Shown: positions 38,538 through 48,147 of the stretch, in pieces | Position numbering within the stretch: the first letter of the stretch is position 1 | Layout: each line of letters opens with the position of its first letter | Notes under the pieces: generated by a model | What the model was told of the DNA's origin: nothing | Database searches by the model: none | Seen by the model: the letters and a program-made list of their open reading frames with translations, nothing else | NCBI GenBank assembly: GCA_951812525.1 | Contig: OX638316.1 | Coordinates: 2,472,506 to 2,536,505, forward strand | Length of the DNA stretch: 64,000 bases | DNA from: an uncultured Poribacteria bacterium | Lineage (GTDB): Bacteria > Poribacteria > WGA-4E > WGA-3G | Reading direction: 5' to 3' | Program-made: the position numbers and the translations under genes

Positions 38538-38996
38538 AATATCTCCTTAGGCAGTAGTAGGCACGAAATGCATGCCATAATGATAGTGTAACTATTTCAT
38601 AAAATTTTTTAGAACTGAGGGACATGAGTCTCAGCCAACGATAAATTTCAGTAAAATATACTAATACATATCATAATTTTTGTCATGTTTTTAAGGCGAG
38701 AAAATCCAGTAGTGGTAAGGGTTGAAGGAATAATCATATCGATGTATTATTAATATTTTTTAGAACATTATATGTTACTTCATAATGATTTATCACGACC
38801 TATTATTAAATTACCTCGTAAATATTTGATTCAACGTACGTAGATAAGTGCCACAAAAAATAGTAGGCACACGTCGTATACCATAACAATGGTGGTAGAC
38901 AAACGACGTATGCCGTAATTTTAATGAAACTTTCCTATTCTAATTCAATTACACGTCATAAAGCGATATAATATAGTGTAATGTTTCAGAGAAAGG
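38538..38996. repeat. AT-rich 459-bp non-coding region with repeated sequence motifs
   Basis: TAGTAGGCAC occurs at 38554..38563 and again at 38861..38870, each followed by a ...CCATAA block. TATRCCRTAA-like motifs occur at about 38570, 38876 and 38908. A 5-bp hairpin CTGAG...CTCAG lies at about 38594..38617. Confidence 0.5.
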
Positions 38997-41957
38997 TTAA
39001 TTCCGAGCTTCGGGTGTAACCGTCAATTTTACTTGTTTGCCCTCTCGTAGAACAATAACTTTGACAGGTTCACCAATTTTCACCGCATCAAGCGCGTATG
39101 TATAGTCATAGATATTGGTAATTTCCTGTCCGCCAAATTCAACAATGATGTCACCGCCCTTTAAACCGGCTTTATCGGCAGGACCACCAGCGCGAACGCC
39201 GGAGAGTTTGACACCGGTCCCTTCCGTTGTATAGTCGGGAATTGTCCCCAAATACGCACGAAGTGTGTCACGACTTCCCTCCTCTGATTGACTCCGTTCA
39301 ACTCGGACATACTCCGGACGTTCAACGGTGCTGATTAAGTCCGAAAGGATACCGTGTGCCAAGTGTGCGATCCGCTCTAGTCCTTCATAATTAAGTGTTT
39401 CTATGTCATCCGTTGGACGGTTATAGTCTTCGTGGCCGCCGGTGAAAAAGCTGAGTACCGGCACCTCTTTCGGATAGAAGGCAGTCACGTCTGTTGGCAA
39501 ATATGGATCCGTTTGTAACGTCAGGTTAAAACCGATGGGAATGTTCCGCTTTTCAATCAGTTTCGTCCACACAGATGATGAGCCAACACCTTGCAAAATA
39601 AGTTTATTTTCCCGGAGCCGCCCCACCATATCAAAGTTGATGTATGCCGTTACTTTCTCTAAAGGGACAACGGGGTTATTAACAAAGTGCGTAGAGCCGA
39701 TGAGTCCAAGTTCCTCCCCTGACCAGAGAGCGAAGATAACACCTCTCTTAAACTTTTCAGGGTGTTCTTGATAAGCTTCGCTGAGTGTCGCCGCCAAATC
39801 TAATACGACGGCGGTGCCAGAAGCGTTATCGTCTGCCCCGTTGTGAATTTGTCCCTCTTCACCCTTCCTTGCAAGTGAACCGATCTCACCGTAACCGATA
39901 TGGTCATAATGTGCACCGACAATGACGTACTCGGTGTCGTTTGTTAATTCCGCTGGTGAAAGAAGTGCGACGACATTCTGATCGGTTTTCTTAACTTTCT
40001 CAATCGAAACGACGATTTTAACTTTGACATCGGGCAGCGGGAACTGTCCGATGAAATGCGGGTTTTCTACATCGAGTCCAGATTGGACCTCTTTCAGGTC
40101 TTTACCGGATGGTGCGAAGAGTGCGTTCGCGAGAGTATCACTTATTGACGCTGCAACAATACCGGAGTCTGCGAGGCTGCTGTCAAAATCAAGCGGAATT
40201 AACTTGCCTGCGTTTGGAGAATTTGGACCGGCAACAACGAGAAACGCCTTGGCCCCTTGCTCTCGTGCCTGCATCGCTTTATAACGGAGTCCTGCGTATC
40301 GATTCAATTGCTGACGACGTTCTGGTTCAACCGCTTCAGGAACATAACGGAGAGCAACAACGATTTTATCTGTTACATCCAGCCCAGCATAAGCGTCGTA
40401 TCCTTCCCCAAGTTCACCAGGGACGGATAATCCATATCCAACAAAGACCACTTCGCCCTCAACAACACCGTTACGAGAGAAAGATAGCGGCTGAAAATCT
40501 TTTTCTACACCGAATTCCATCACCTGTTCTGAACCATGTGTCTGACGTGTAATATGAAACCGATTTTCTTCCGATATAATCCGCCGACCTGCGGTGAATT
40601 CAAACGTTTGGTAATAACTTTTTTCATCGCTGAAGGGCTTGAGATTAAGGTCCGTGAACTGGGCAGCGATATGTGCCGCCGCGTGTTTCGCGCCTTCCGA
40701 ACCGGTCATCCTACCTTCCAGCGCGTCGTCAGCAAGGAATTCGATATGCTGTTGGATACTCGTTTTATTAGCGGGTTCGGAATTGGAAACTCTTCCTATG
40801 GGAAGCACCGCTGAAATTTGGCTTTTCGGTGCCCCAGCGATTGCCTCTAATGCGGCTTCGTGATTCCATTCTGCAAGGTAAAGCTGCGATACCGCTTGGC
40901 TGTTTCGATTGGAGGTCCAACATAGGCGATTTCCATCGGGTGAGAAGACCGGAAGTCCATCAAATCCGTCAGTTGTGGTAACGCGAACCGGCTCATGCCT
41001 ACCTCTTGCGTCAACGAGATATAACTCAAAATTAGAAAATCCGAGTTTGTTGGAAGCAAAGATAACGTAAGCGCCGCTCGGATGGAAATAGGGTGCCCAA
41101 GACATGCTATCGAAGTCGGTTAGCCGTTGGACATTTGAACCGTCGGTTCGCATTGTATAGATATCCGCTTGGCTTCCGTCAGTCGTAAAGTGCCGCCAGA
41201 CGATATGTTGTCCATCGGGTGTAAAGAAAGGACCGCCATCGTATCCGGGTGAGTCTGTCAAGCGTATCTGATCTGAGCCGTCGGCGTTCATGATATAAAT
41301 TTCGCCGAAATAGGCAGGATCTACTTCCAGTTGTTTGAGTTCCTTCGGAGAGAGTTGGCTTTTAGGATATGCGTCCCGCAGTGAACAGAAAACGATATGT
41401 TTGCCATCGGGCGAGTATGACGCTTCAGCATCGTAACCGGGTGCGTCCGTCAGCTGCTTAATGTTACTACCATCGCGATTTGCCGAGAAGATGTCCATTG
41501 TCTCATCGTAATCCCAGCTATAGCGGCGTTCTTTTCCCGATGCTCGGAATTGCAGTTCCTGTTCCTGTTTTGCCTGCGCGAAAACGTCATGGTGTGTTGA
41601 AGCATAGAGCACTTCATCGGTTCCTGGACGAAAAAATGCGCAGGTTGTCTTGCCGATACCGGGCGAGACGCGATGTGTATCCCCTGTCAGTAGGTTTAAA
41701 AGATAGATTTGGTAAAAAGGATTATCTGATTCACGTTCACTTTGGAAAATGAGCGCGTTGCCATCTTCGGAGAAATAGCCCTCTCCAGCACGCTTGCCGT
41801 CGTAGGTAAGTTGTCGGATATTGCTGAGAAATTGCGACTCTTCAACAGCATTAGTCTCTATTTCATTTGATGTAGTGTACTGTGCCACGACATCGCCGGT
41901 TAGAAAAATAGCAAAGAATATTGCGCACAACAGACCGATCAATTTGATGCAACGCAT
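38997..41957 (-). CDS. Secreted multidomain peptidase: signal peptide, TolB-like (PD40) beta-propeller, PA domain, M28 zinc aminopeptidase, C-terminal PDZ
   Basis: Repeated DGSxxxLTDxPGYDxxPxFSPDG blades in the N-terminal third. M28 motifs HYDHIGYGE, GADDNASG and SGEELGLIGS. C-terminal PDZ segment GVKLSGVRAGGPADKAGLKGGDIIVEFGGQEI. Confidence 0.85.
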   Translation of the reverse strand: MRCIKLIGLLCAIFFAIFLTGDVVAQYTTSNEIETNAVEESQFLSNIRQLTYDGKRAGEGYFSEDGNALIFQSERESDNPFYQIYLLNLLTGDTHRVSPGIGKTTCAFFRPGTDEVLYASTHHDVFAQAKQEQELQFRASGKERRYSWDYDETMDIFSANRDGSNIKQLTDAPGYDAEASYSPDGKHIVFCSLRDAYPKSQLSPKELKQLEVDPAYFGEIYIMNADGSDQIRLTDSPGYDGGPFFTPDGQHIVWRHFTTDGSQADIYTMRTDGSNVQRLTDFDSMSWAPYFHPSGAYVIFASNKLGFSNFELYLVDARGRHEPVRVTTTDGFDGLPVFSPDGNRLCWTSNRNSQAVSQLYLAEWNHEAALEAIAGAPKSQISAVLPIGRVSNSEPANKTSIQQHIEFLADDALEGRMTGSEGAKHAAAHIAAQFTDLNLKPFSDEKSYYQTFEFTAGRRIISEENRFHITRQTHGSEQVMEFGVEKDFQPLSFSRNGVVEGEVVFVGYGLSVPGELGEGYDAYAGLDVTDKIVVALRYVPEAVEPERRQQLNRYAGLRYKAMQAREQGAKAFLVVAGPNSPNAGKLIPLDFDSSLADSGIVAASISDTLANALFAPSGKDLKEVQSGLDVENPHFIGQFPLPDVKVKIVVSIEKVKKTDQNVVALLSPAELTNDTEYVIVGAHYDHIGYGEIGSLARKGEEGQIHNGADDNASGTAVVLDLAATLSEAYQEHPEKFKRGVIFALWSGEELGLIGSTHFVNNPVVPLEKVTAYINFDMVGRLRENKLILQGVGSSSVWTKLIEKRNIPIGFNLTLQTDPYLPTDVTAFYPKEVPVLSFFTGGHEDYNRPTDDIETLNYEGLERIAHLAHGILSDLISTVERPEYVRVERSQSEEGSRDTLRAYLGTIPDYTTEGTGVKLSGVRAGGPADKAGLKGGDIIVEFGGQEITNIYDYTYALDAVKIGEPVKVIVLREGKQVKLTVTPEARN

Positions 41958-42030
41958 CTCAATCCTCCCATTTTTGGTATAACTCTCTAATCAATATGCG
42001 ATAAATCGCGCGACCCCAAACGGGTCGATG

Positions 42031-42882
42031 CTATAGGTATTGAGCTGCTTTCTCTTTCAGGAACGCGAGTCCATCTGTCGCGAGACTTTCAGCACTCGGT
42101 GCGATATCTCGCCAGATACATGTTGCGGCGGCAATTTCTTTGACGGCTGGTGTGAAGGATTCAATAACCAACCATCTATCATAGTTCACTTTAGCAAGCG
42201 CACCGAAAACACCATCCCAATCTACAGGTCCTGTACCAGGAGTGCCACGATCGTTTTCGCAGCAGTGGACGTGATGTAAATAATCGCCAGTTGCCATAAT
42301 CGCGTCTGCCTGATTTTTTTCCTCAATGTTCATGTGGAACGTATCAAGGTGAACCTTGAAGTAGGGGCTATCCACTGCTTTACAAAGTTTAACGGCATCT
42401 GCGGCAATGTTCACGAAATAGGTTTCAAACCGGTTGAGCGGTTCACTGGCGAGTGTAACGCCCTGTTGTCCTGCGAATTCAGAAATCTCTTGGAGTCCTT
42501 CAACGCACCAATCCCATTCCTGTTGGTTCCTGCCTCTACCGACGAGTTTACCGACTGCGCTGTACATCGGTCCAACGAACGTATCTCCACCGAGTTCTGC
42601 AATAATTTCGATCGCGCGTTTGAGGTAGATTTTCCCAGTTTCGCGAATCGCTGGATCTTCGTCAATCGGATTCCTATCGGGTCCCATGATATTACAACCG
42701 ATCGGTTCCAAGCCTGTATCTTGCAATAGTGATTGAGTGTAAGGAATGTCCACTGTATCCGGATCAAAGATAGGAATTTCGACACCTTCAAAACCCATTT
42801 CAGCAACTTTAGGAATCAAATCTGCAGTTTCTCTGTCAAACTTATCTGCCCAGAGTAATAAATTTACACCAAATTTTGGCAT
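42031..42882 (-). CDS. Sugar phosphate isomerase/epimerase (xylose-isomerase-like TIM barrel)
   Basis: N-terminus MPKFGVNLLLWADKF...VAEMGFEGVEI. AGGAG ribosome-binding site. Confidence 0.8.
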   Translation of the reverse strand: MPKFGVNLLLWADKFDRETADLIPKVAEMGFEGVEIPIFDPDTVDIPYTQSLLQDTGLEPIGCNIMGPDRNPIDEDPAIRETGKIYLKRAIEIIAELGGDTFVGPMYSAVGKLVGRGRNQQEWDWCVEGLQEISEFAGQQGVTLASEPLNRFETYFVNIAADAVKLCKAVDSPYFKVHLDTFHMNIEEKNQADAIMATGDYLHHVHCCENDRGTPGTGPVDWDGVFGALAKVNYDRWLVIESFTPAVKEIAAATCIWRDIAPSAESLATDGLAFLKEKAAQYL

Positions 42883-42994
42883 TATGTTTTGTTCTCCTTA
42901 TAGCGTGTAATATTTTTTAGTTTAGCATAAGTTATAAGCGTTTTCAAATTTTTTATATTATCTGTAGGCTTGTCCAATTATAAATATGGCATGC

Positions 42995-44314
42995 TTATCG
43001 GGAGCAATCTGATTTGAACAAATATTTCGGTGCCAGCACTGTTAGCGAGATACCTCGGGCAACCAACAGCAGCGTCAATGCTCCCCACAACCCGTGATTC
43101 CCGAAGGGTATCAACAGATATATCGAACCTAAAAAGAGGACGGTTGATATAAAGACAGAATTCCGCAATGCTTTAGAAGCAGTCGCCCCCAGAAAAATTC
43201 CATCCCAAATGTAAGCGGCGACATTGATAACAGGCGCGACAATTATCCAAATAAGATAAGGTTTCGCGCCTTCAATAAGGTGCATCTGATTTGTAAAGAG
43301 ATGCAGCAGTTGCTCTCCAACCACCACGAAAATTAACATAATCACACCTCCGAACAGAAACGCCCACAGGAAAATTTGACGCGTTGTTCTTTTGAGATTC
43401 TGCATATCCTGCGCCCCTTTATACTTACCGACCAGACTCTCCGCCGCAAAGGCAAATCCATCAATCGCATAGGATAGGATATTGACAAACTGCAGTAGGA
43501 TCGTGTTGATCGCAAGGAAGGTATCACTCAGAGCAGCGGATTTTGCCATGAAAACGGCGTGGCTAAACGTCAGACAACACGTCCTGATGAAAATATCGCT
43601 GCTGATGCTCAGAAACCGTTTGAGTTTGGAAAACATCAAAACATCCCGAAGGTTCCACGTTGTCAAAATGCTTCTATAGCGTCCGAAAAAGAGTAGAATT
43701 GCCAAAATTAACCCGACATATTGGGCAATAACGGTTGCTAAAGCGACACCTTCTACCTTCATACCAAGCGTCTGCACAAATATCAGATTTAAAACAATAT
43801 TGACGAGATTCACGACAATCGTCAACAACATCGGATAGTGTGCATTTTGTAAACCTAAAAAAACGCCGTGGAAGGCATGTAAGCACAACGTCGCTGGGGC
43901 AGCAGAGATACGGATATAGAAATAAGTGCGGGCAAGATTTTCAACTTCAGGGCTGGTATCAATGAGGTGGAAACTTATATCGGCAAGCTGCCGCTGTAAA
44001 CCCAAAAGGAAAAGGCTGGATGTAATACCGATGCATATCGCTCGCAAAAGTAAGCGGCCGCATTCTGGAATGTCGTTTTCTCCGAAGGCTTGTGCAGTCA
44101 ATCCCGTTGTCGCCATTCTGAGAAACCCGAATCCCCAATAGATAAAACTGAAAATAATACCACCAATGCCTACTGCGCCAAGGTAGTGTTCGGACGCTAA
44201 CCGTCCCATCAAAGCAGTGTCCACCGCACCTAACAGAGGAATAGAAAAGTTGCTAATAATGTTTGGAATCGCGAGATTGACAATCTGCTTATTGATATTT
44301 CCTGGGGTATGCAT
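42995..44314 (-). CDS. MATE family multidrug efflux transporter
   Basis: 12 TM segments with a NorM/DinF-like N-terminus (IPNIISNFSIPLLGAVDTALMG). Confidence 0.85.
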   Translation of the reverse strand: MHTPGNINKQIVNLAIPNIISNFSIPLLGAVDTALMGRLASEHYLGAVGIGGIIFSFIYWGFGFLRMATTGLTAQAFGENDIPECGRLLLRAICIGITSSLFLLGLQRQLADISFHLIDTSPEVENLARTYFYIRISAAPATLCLHAFHGVFLGLQNAHYPMLLTIVVNLVNIVLNLIFVQTLGMKVEGVALATVIAQYVGLILAILLFFGRYRSILTTWNLRDVLMFSKLKRFLSISSDIFIRTCCLTFSHAVFMAKSAALSDTFLAINTILLQFVNILSYAIDGFAFAAESLVGKYKGAQDMQNLKRTTRQIFLWAFLFGGVIMLIFVVVGEQLLHLFTNQMHLIEGAKPYLIWIIVAPVINVAAYIWDGIFLGATASKALRNSVFISTVLFLGSIYLLIPFGNHGLWGALTLLLVARGISLTVLAPKYLFKSDCSR

Positions 44315-44560
44315 AGAGGTTCCCGTTTTGTATCTACCTTAGAGTTTACCCGCACTTACGGTGAAAATCAAGCCTATTTTTCGCCAGAACTGTTGAATTT
44401 TTAGACTTCTGAGCTGAACCTATTTTTTTGAAGAGAACCAAAGCTGTTCATAACTAAAAATGGGGAATAAGATTAGAAAATCCGAGAGTTTTGGAACTGT
44501 GAACGTGCGTTCTAAAAAGTAGAGAAAATCTGCTTATATGCTGTATGATATGCCTTTGCC

Positions 44561-44607
44561 TTACAAATTTCTTTGTAATTTTGGCGAAAATTTAGTATAC
44601 TATAATT
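44561..44607 (+). promoter_or_regulatory. Sigma-70 promoter TTGTAA-17-TATACT for the lpxL-lpt cluster. A 7-bp inverted repeat overlaps the -35 hexamer.
   Basis: TTGTAA at 44573..44578, a 17-bp spacer, TATACT at 44596..44601 (or TATAAT at 44601..44606). The inverted repeat is TTACAAA-tttc-TTTGTAA at 44561..44578. The ATG at 44612 implies a very short leader. Confidence 0.45.
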
Positions 44608-44611
44608 AAAA

Positions 44612-45484
44612 ATGAAAGATTGGTCTTACGGTTTTACCGCCAAGTTAATCGGATACTTCGTATCTCGACTGCCACGTCCAACGACATTGGCAATCGGAGG
44701 TCGATTAGGTGCCCTCATATTTTGGCTTGCACGGCAGCAGAGGGAGTTGGCATGTCAGCAGTTACGGCGTAGCTTAGACCTTCCCGATGAACGCCGGATT
44801 AGAGCGATAGCAAAGCAGTGCTTTGAGAATTTAGGCAAAACTGTATTAGAATTTATGCAATTTCCACGCATGAATTCAAAACAGATTCAGGAATATGTCA
44901 GTTTTGAAGGCATTCACCATGCAGAGCAAGCACTCGCAAAAGGCAAAGGAGCGATCATTCTAACAGGGCATTTCGGGAATTGGGAACTGCTTGCAGCAAG
45001 TATTTCTGCTACGATTGCTCCGTTGACACCTATTGTTCGTGAGGTGCGTTCTCCTCGATTAAATGCCTTGGTTTCAAGTTACCGAGCGCGCGCAGGATAT
45101 GCTACTATCGATCGAGATACAGGAATTCGGCACGCGCTTCGGTGTCTCAAACGTAATGAACTGCTTGGGATTGTCGCTGATGTAGACACAAGTGTAAGTG
45201 GTGTTTTCGTCGATTTTTTCGGTCAGCCAGCATACACACCGTACAGCCCTGTCGCTATTGCACTCAAAACAGGGGCAGCGATACTACCAACGTTTATTGT
45301 CCGTCAGTCCGATGGTTCGCACCGGGCAATTATCGAACCGCCCTTGGTGTTACAGCGAACAGATGTGAAAGAGAAGGATCTTGTCGTCAATACACAGAAA
45401 TTCACAAAAATTATCGAATCTTACATTCGGCGATATCCAACACAGTGGATTTGGATGCATCGACGGTGGAAAACGCAACCTTAA
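44612..45484 (+). CDS. lpxL: Lipid A biosynthesis lauroyl/myristoyl acyltransferase family (LpxL/HtrB-like)
   Basis: ILTGHFGNWELL and a C-terminal ...QWIWMHRRWKTQP, comparable to E. coli LpxL ...QYMWLHRRFKTRP. Confidence 0.85.
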   Translation: MKDWSYGFTAKLIGYFVSRLPRPTTLAIGGRLGALIFWLARQQRELACQQLRRSLDLPDERRIRAIAKQCFENLGKTVLEFMQFPRMNSKQIQEYVSFEGIHHAEQALAKGKGAIILTGHFGNWELLAASISATIAPLTPIVREVRSPRLNALVSSYRARAGYATIDRDTGIRHALRCLKRNELLGIVADVDTSVSGVFVDFFGQPAYTPYSPVAIALKTGAAILPTFIVRQSDGSHRAIIEPPLVLQRTDVKEKDLVVNTQKFTKIIESYIRRYPTQWIWMHRRWKTQP

Positions 45485-45500
45485 TTGCATTATCACATGT

Positions 45501-46055
45501 TTGTATCTTTGTTTGCTTCTCTGTGTAGTTTGTTGTAAAAGCGCAGAAACCCCGATCGATGCAACTGGTGAATCTGTAGAAGAAGTTCCAACACAGAAAC
45601 TCGAACGGTTCTCTACACAACACACTGAAGCAGGTATCGTCAAATGGACACTTGTCGGTGATACCTCAACATTCCACGGAAGTTACGTTGAAGTGGAAAA
45701 TCCGACCGTTGAGATTTTTGAAGACGGTGCCGTTTCTATTACTTTGACGAGCCAAAAGGGAAAGCAATTCCTGACAGGTAGCGAGAGAGATAATCTGCAT
45801 CTTTCAGGAAACGTCGTGGGTGTCAGTAAGAATGGCACTTTATATAGTGAACTCCTCCATTGGCAAAACCGGGCGGGTAAATTATATGCCCCGGAAGAAG
45901 TCACGATTGTACGTGGAGATTCCACCTGGGTCGGAACAGAAATGTTTGCGAATCCGACGCTTGAAACAGTAATAATGAAAAACAACCAATTTAAACTTTA
46001 CCCAAAAGATGAGAAGACAGATGAAAATCACAACACCTCTATTGTGCCGGAATAG
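45501..46055 (+). CDS. lptC: LptC-like LPS export protein (membrane-anchored). Probable non-ATG start.
   Basis: Hydrophobic N-terminus LLLCVVCC, then a beta-jellyroll domain of the size and character of LptC. No in-frame ATG occurs after the lpxL stop. The coordinate 45501 is a TTG and is approximate. Confidence 0.5.
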   Translation: MYLCLLLCVVCCKSAETPIDATGESVEEVPTQKLERFSTQHTEAGIVKWTLVGDTSTFHGSYVEVENPTVEIFEDGAVSITLTSQKGKQFLTGSERDNLHLSGNVVGVSKNGTLYSELLHWQNRAGKLYAPEEVTIVRGDSTWVGTEMFANPTLETVIMKNNQFKLYPKDEKTDENHNTSIVPE

Positions 46056-46971
46056 ACATGAGTCGCGATTTCACCTCCGCAAATTGTGTAATTTTTGTGT
46101 TTATACCGGCTTCTTAGTACTTTTTGTATGTAGCTTTCCCTTGATTCTTAATGCAGAGGACACAAAAACGGACACATCTACTGCAACCACTAACGGCGAA
46201 GCGTCAGTTACAGGAAACAACGTACAGGTCATAGAGAGTACTGAAACTACGGATAGTGAAAGTGCCAATAATGACGATGCCACCGTCGAACCTACTACAG
46301 AAACCATTACCGGCACCTCAAAAAGAATGGAGAGATATGAGAAGGATGGCATAACCATTCTTATCGATGAAGCCAAGACTATCCGGTATGACGAACAAGG
46401 CATTGAAATTGGGTTTCTCAATGCTGATAAAATCACCCTCAAGAGCGATCCGGAAACCGGAACGACAACAGAAGTTGTCGCTGTAGGAAATGTAGAAATC
46501 CGAGACCAAGATATCTTTGCTACCTGTGATCATGCTATTATGAACAACCTGACGAATACTGTTGTTCTTAAAGAGAATGTCGTTGTCTTACAAAACAAGG
46601 ATCGGCTCGAAACTAAGCTTTTCACTTTTAATAGGACAACCGGAAAGCAGATTGGCGAAGGTGGTGTCAAATTTAAGGTTACCGTTACACAAGCAGCACC
46701 GGTAGACGCAGAGACAGATGAGAACGCCGAAGGCGGGTCAGATGCCGGTGAAGAAGAAACTTCTACAACTGCGCCTGAGCAAACGGAAGGTGAGGTTCAA
46801 GAAGACACAGGCGCTGAGATGCCTGATGCAGATAGCGGCGTAGAAGAGGAATCTGATGCAGACGCTGGAGGCGCTGAAGATACGGATCGTGGAGAAGAAA
46901 CTGATACAAATACCGAAGATACGAATGACGCAGATACGGATACTGAAACGGAAGAATCCGAGAACAATTAA
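46021..46971 (+). CDS. lptA: LptA-like (OstA N-terminal fold) periplasmic LPS transport protein with acidic low-complexity N- and C-terminal extensions
   Basis: The core ...ITLKSDPETGTTTEVVAVGNVEIRDQDIFATCDHAIMNNLTNTVVLKENVVV... is an LptA/OstA-like repeat. The start is uncertain and could be TTG at 46084. The roughly 100-aa C-terminal tail is rich in D, E and T. Confidence 0.6.
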   Translation: MKITTPLLCRNRHESRFHLRKLCNFCVYTGFLVLFVCSFPLILNAEDTKTDTSTATTNGEASVTGNNVQVIESTETTDSESANNDDATVEPTTETITGTSKRMERYEKDGITILIDEAKTIRYDEQGIEIGFLNADKITLKSDPETGTTTEVVAVGNVEIRDQDIFATCDHAIMNNLTNTVVLKENVVVLQNKDRLETKLFTFNRTTGKQIGEGGVKFKVTVTQAAPVDAETDENAEGGSDAGEEETSTTAPEQTEGEVQEDTGAEMPDADSGVEEESDADAGGAEDTDRGEETDTNTEDTNDADTDTETEESENN

Positions 46972-47175
46972 GCCAATCGCCTAACTCTAGGCTTCAGCCT
47001 CTCGTAAACTTTTTTGTCAACGTCCGCATGATGGGTGCGTTACGTAGTCTTGAAGCGTTATAAGTCTCATTGGATTTCTTCGATACAATAGAAAAATACA
47101 ATTGTCTCTGAGGGAAAAATATAATAGAAAGTCAAATTGTACGACACAATAAAGCGAAGCGCAATTTGCCTTTGT

Positions 47176-47204
47176 TTTACATCGGATTGGCACAATGTGT
47201 TAAT
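47176..47204 (+). promoter_or_regulatory. Possible extended -10 promoter (TTTACA-17-TGTGTTAAT) upstream of lptB
   Basis: TTTACA at 47176..47181, a 17-bp spacer, then an extended -10 TGTGTTAAT (47196..47204). This call is weak. Confidence 0.25.
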
Positions 47205-47231
47205 CATAATGAAATACCATAATTAGAAGCC

Positions 47232-47996
47232 ATGGCAATAGAACTTCAAGCACACAGACTTGTGAAACGTTACACGCGCCGCGGACCCATCGTTGTTAAT
47301 GAGGTGAGCCTGTCGGTAAAGCAAGGTGAGATAGTCGGACTCTTAGGTCCCAACGGCGCAGGAAAATCGACGACATTCTACATGGTAGTAGGATTGATTC
47401 GTCCCAACGCTGGCAGAATCACGTACGATGATAAGGATATTACCTTTTATCCGATGTACAAACGTGCTCGTCTCGGTATTGGCTATTTGGCACAAGAGAC
47501 TTCGATTTTCCGGAAATTAACAGTGCAACAGAATATTGAGGCGATTCTTGAAGCGCAGGGTGTGCCGAAATCTGAACGCGAACCTCGCATTCGTGAATTG
47601 ACAGATGAACTCGGCATTTCAAATCTATTAATGCGTAGGGCGTATACCCTCTCAGGTGGTGAGTGTCGTCGCGCCGAGATAGCACGAGCCCTCGCTGCAC
47701 AACCTGATTTCATCCTACTTGATGAGCCGCTTTCCGGAATAGATCCAATTGCTGTTGCCGATATTAAGCAACTCATCTCACATTTACGCGACCGAAATCT
47801 CGGAGTGCTTATTACAGATCACAACGCTGTTGAAACACTCGACATCGTTGACAGGGCATATATCATTGTTGATGGAAAAATCACTCTCGCTGGGACACCT
47901 ACAGAACTTATCAACAATGAGACTGCGAGAGATCTCTACTTTGGACACAATTTTTCCTATCGGGTAGCAGACACTATGGAATCGCAGGGGGATTAG
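47232..47996 (+). CDS. lptB: LPS export ABC transporter ATP-binding protein
   Basis: Walker A GPNGAGKSTT, signature LSGGE, Walker B ILLDEP. Its position between lptA and rpoN is the conserved one. Confidence 0.9.
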   Translation: MAIELQAHRLVKRYTRRGPIVVNEVSLSVKQGEIVGLLGPNGAGKSTTFYMVVGLIRPNAGRITYDDKDITFYPMYKRARLGIGYLAQETSIFRKLTVQQNIEAILEAQGVPKSEREPRIRELTDELGISNLLMRRAYTLSGGECRRAEIARALAAQPDFILLDEPLSGIDPIAVADIKQLISHLRDRNLGVLITDHNAVETLDIVDRAYIIVDGKITLAGTPTELINNETARDLYFGHNFSYRVADTMESQGD

Positions 47997-48147
47997 CGTC
48001 GCAGCTCTAATCGCCGTAAAAATTAATTAGGCACATTGCCATGTTCTGTCTGTTGGACAGACGAATTGTTGCCTAATATGGCTTTTATAAGCTAAGCTTA
48101 AAAACACAAGCACAGAGTGTATCATACATATTCAGCAGAGGCAAAAA

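Noticed and set aside
47188-47203. TGGCAC motif upstream of lptB resembling a sigma-54 -24 element
   Set aside because: The -12 GC is not at the required spacing, since GT and TA occupy the expected positions. It is better explained as part of a sigma-70 spacer.
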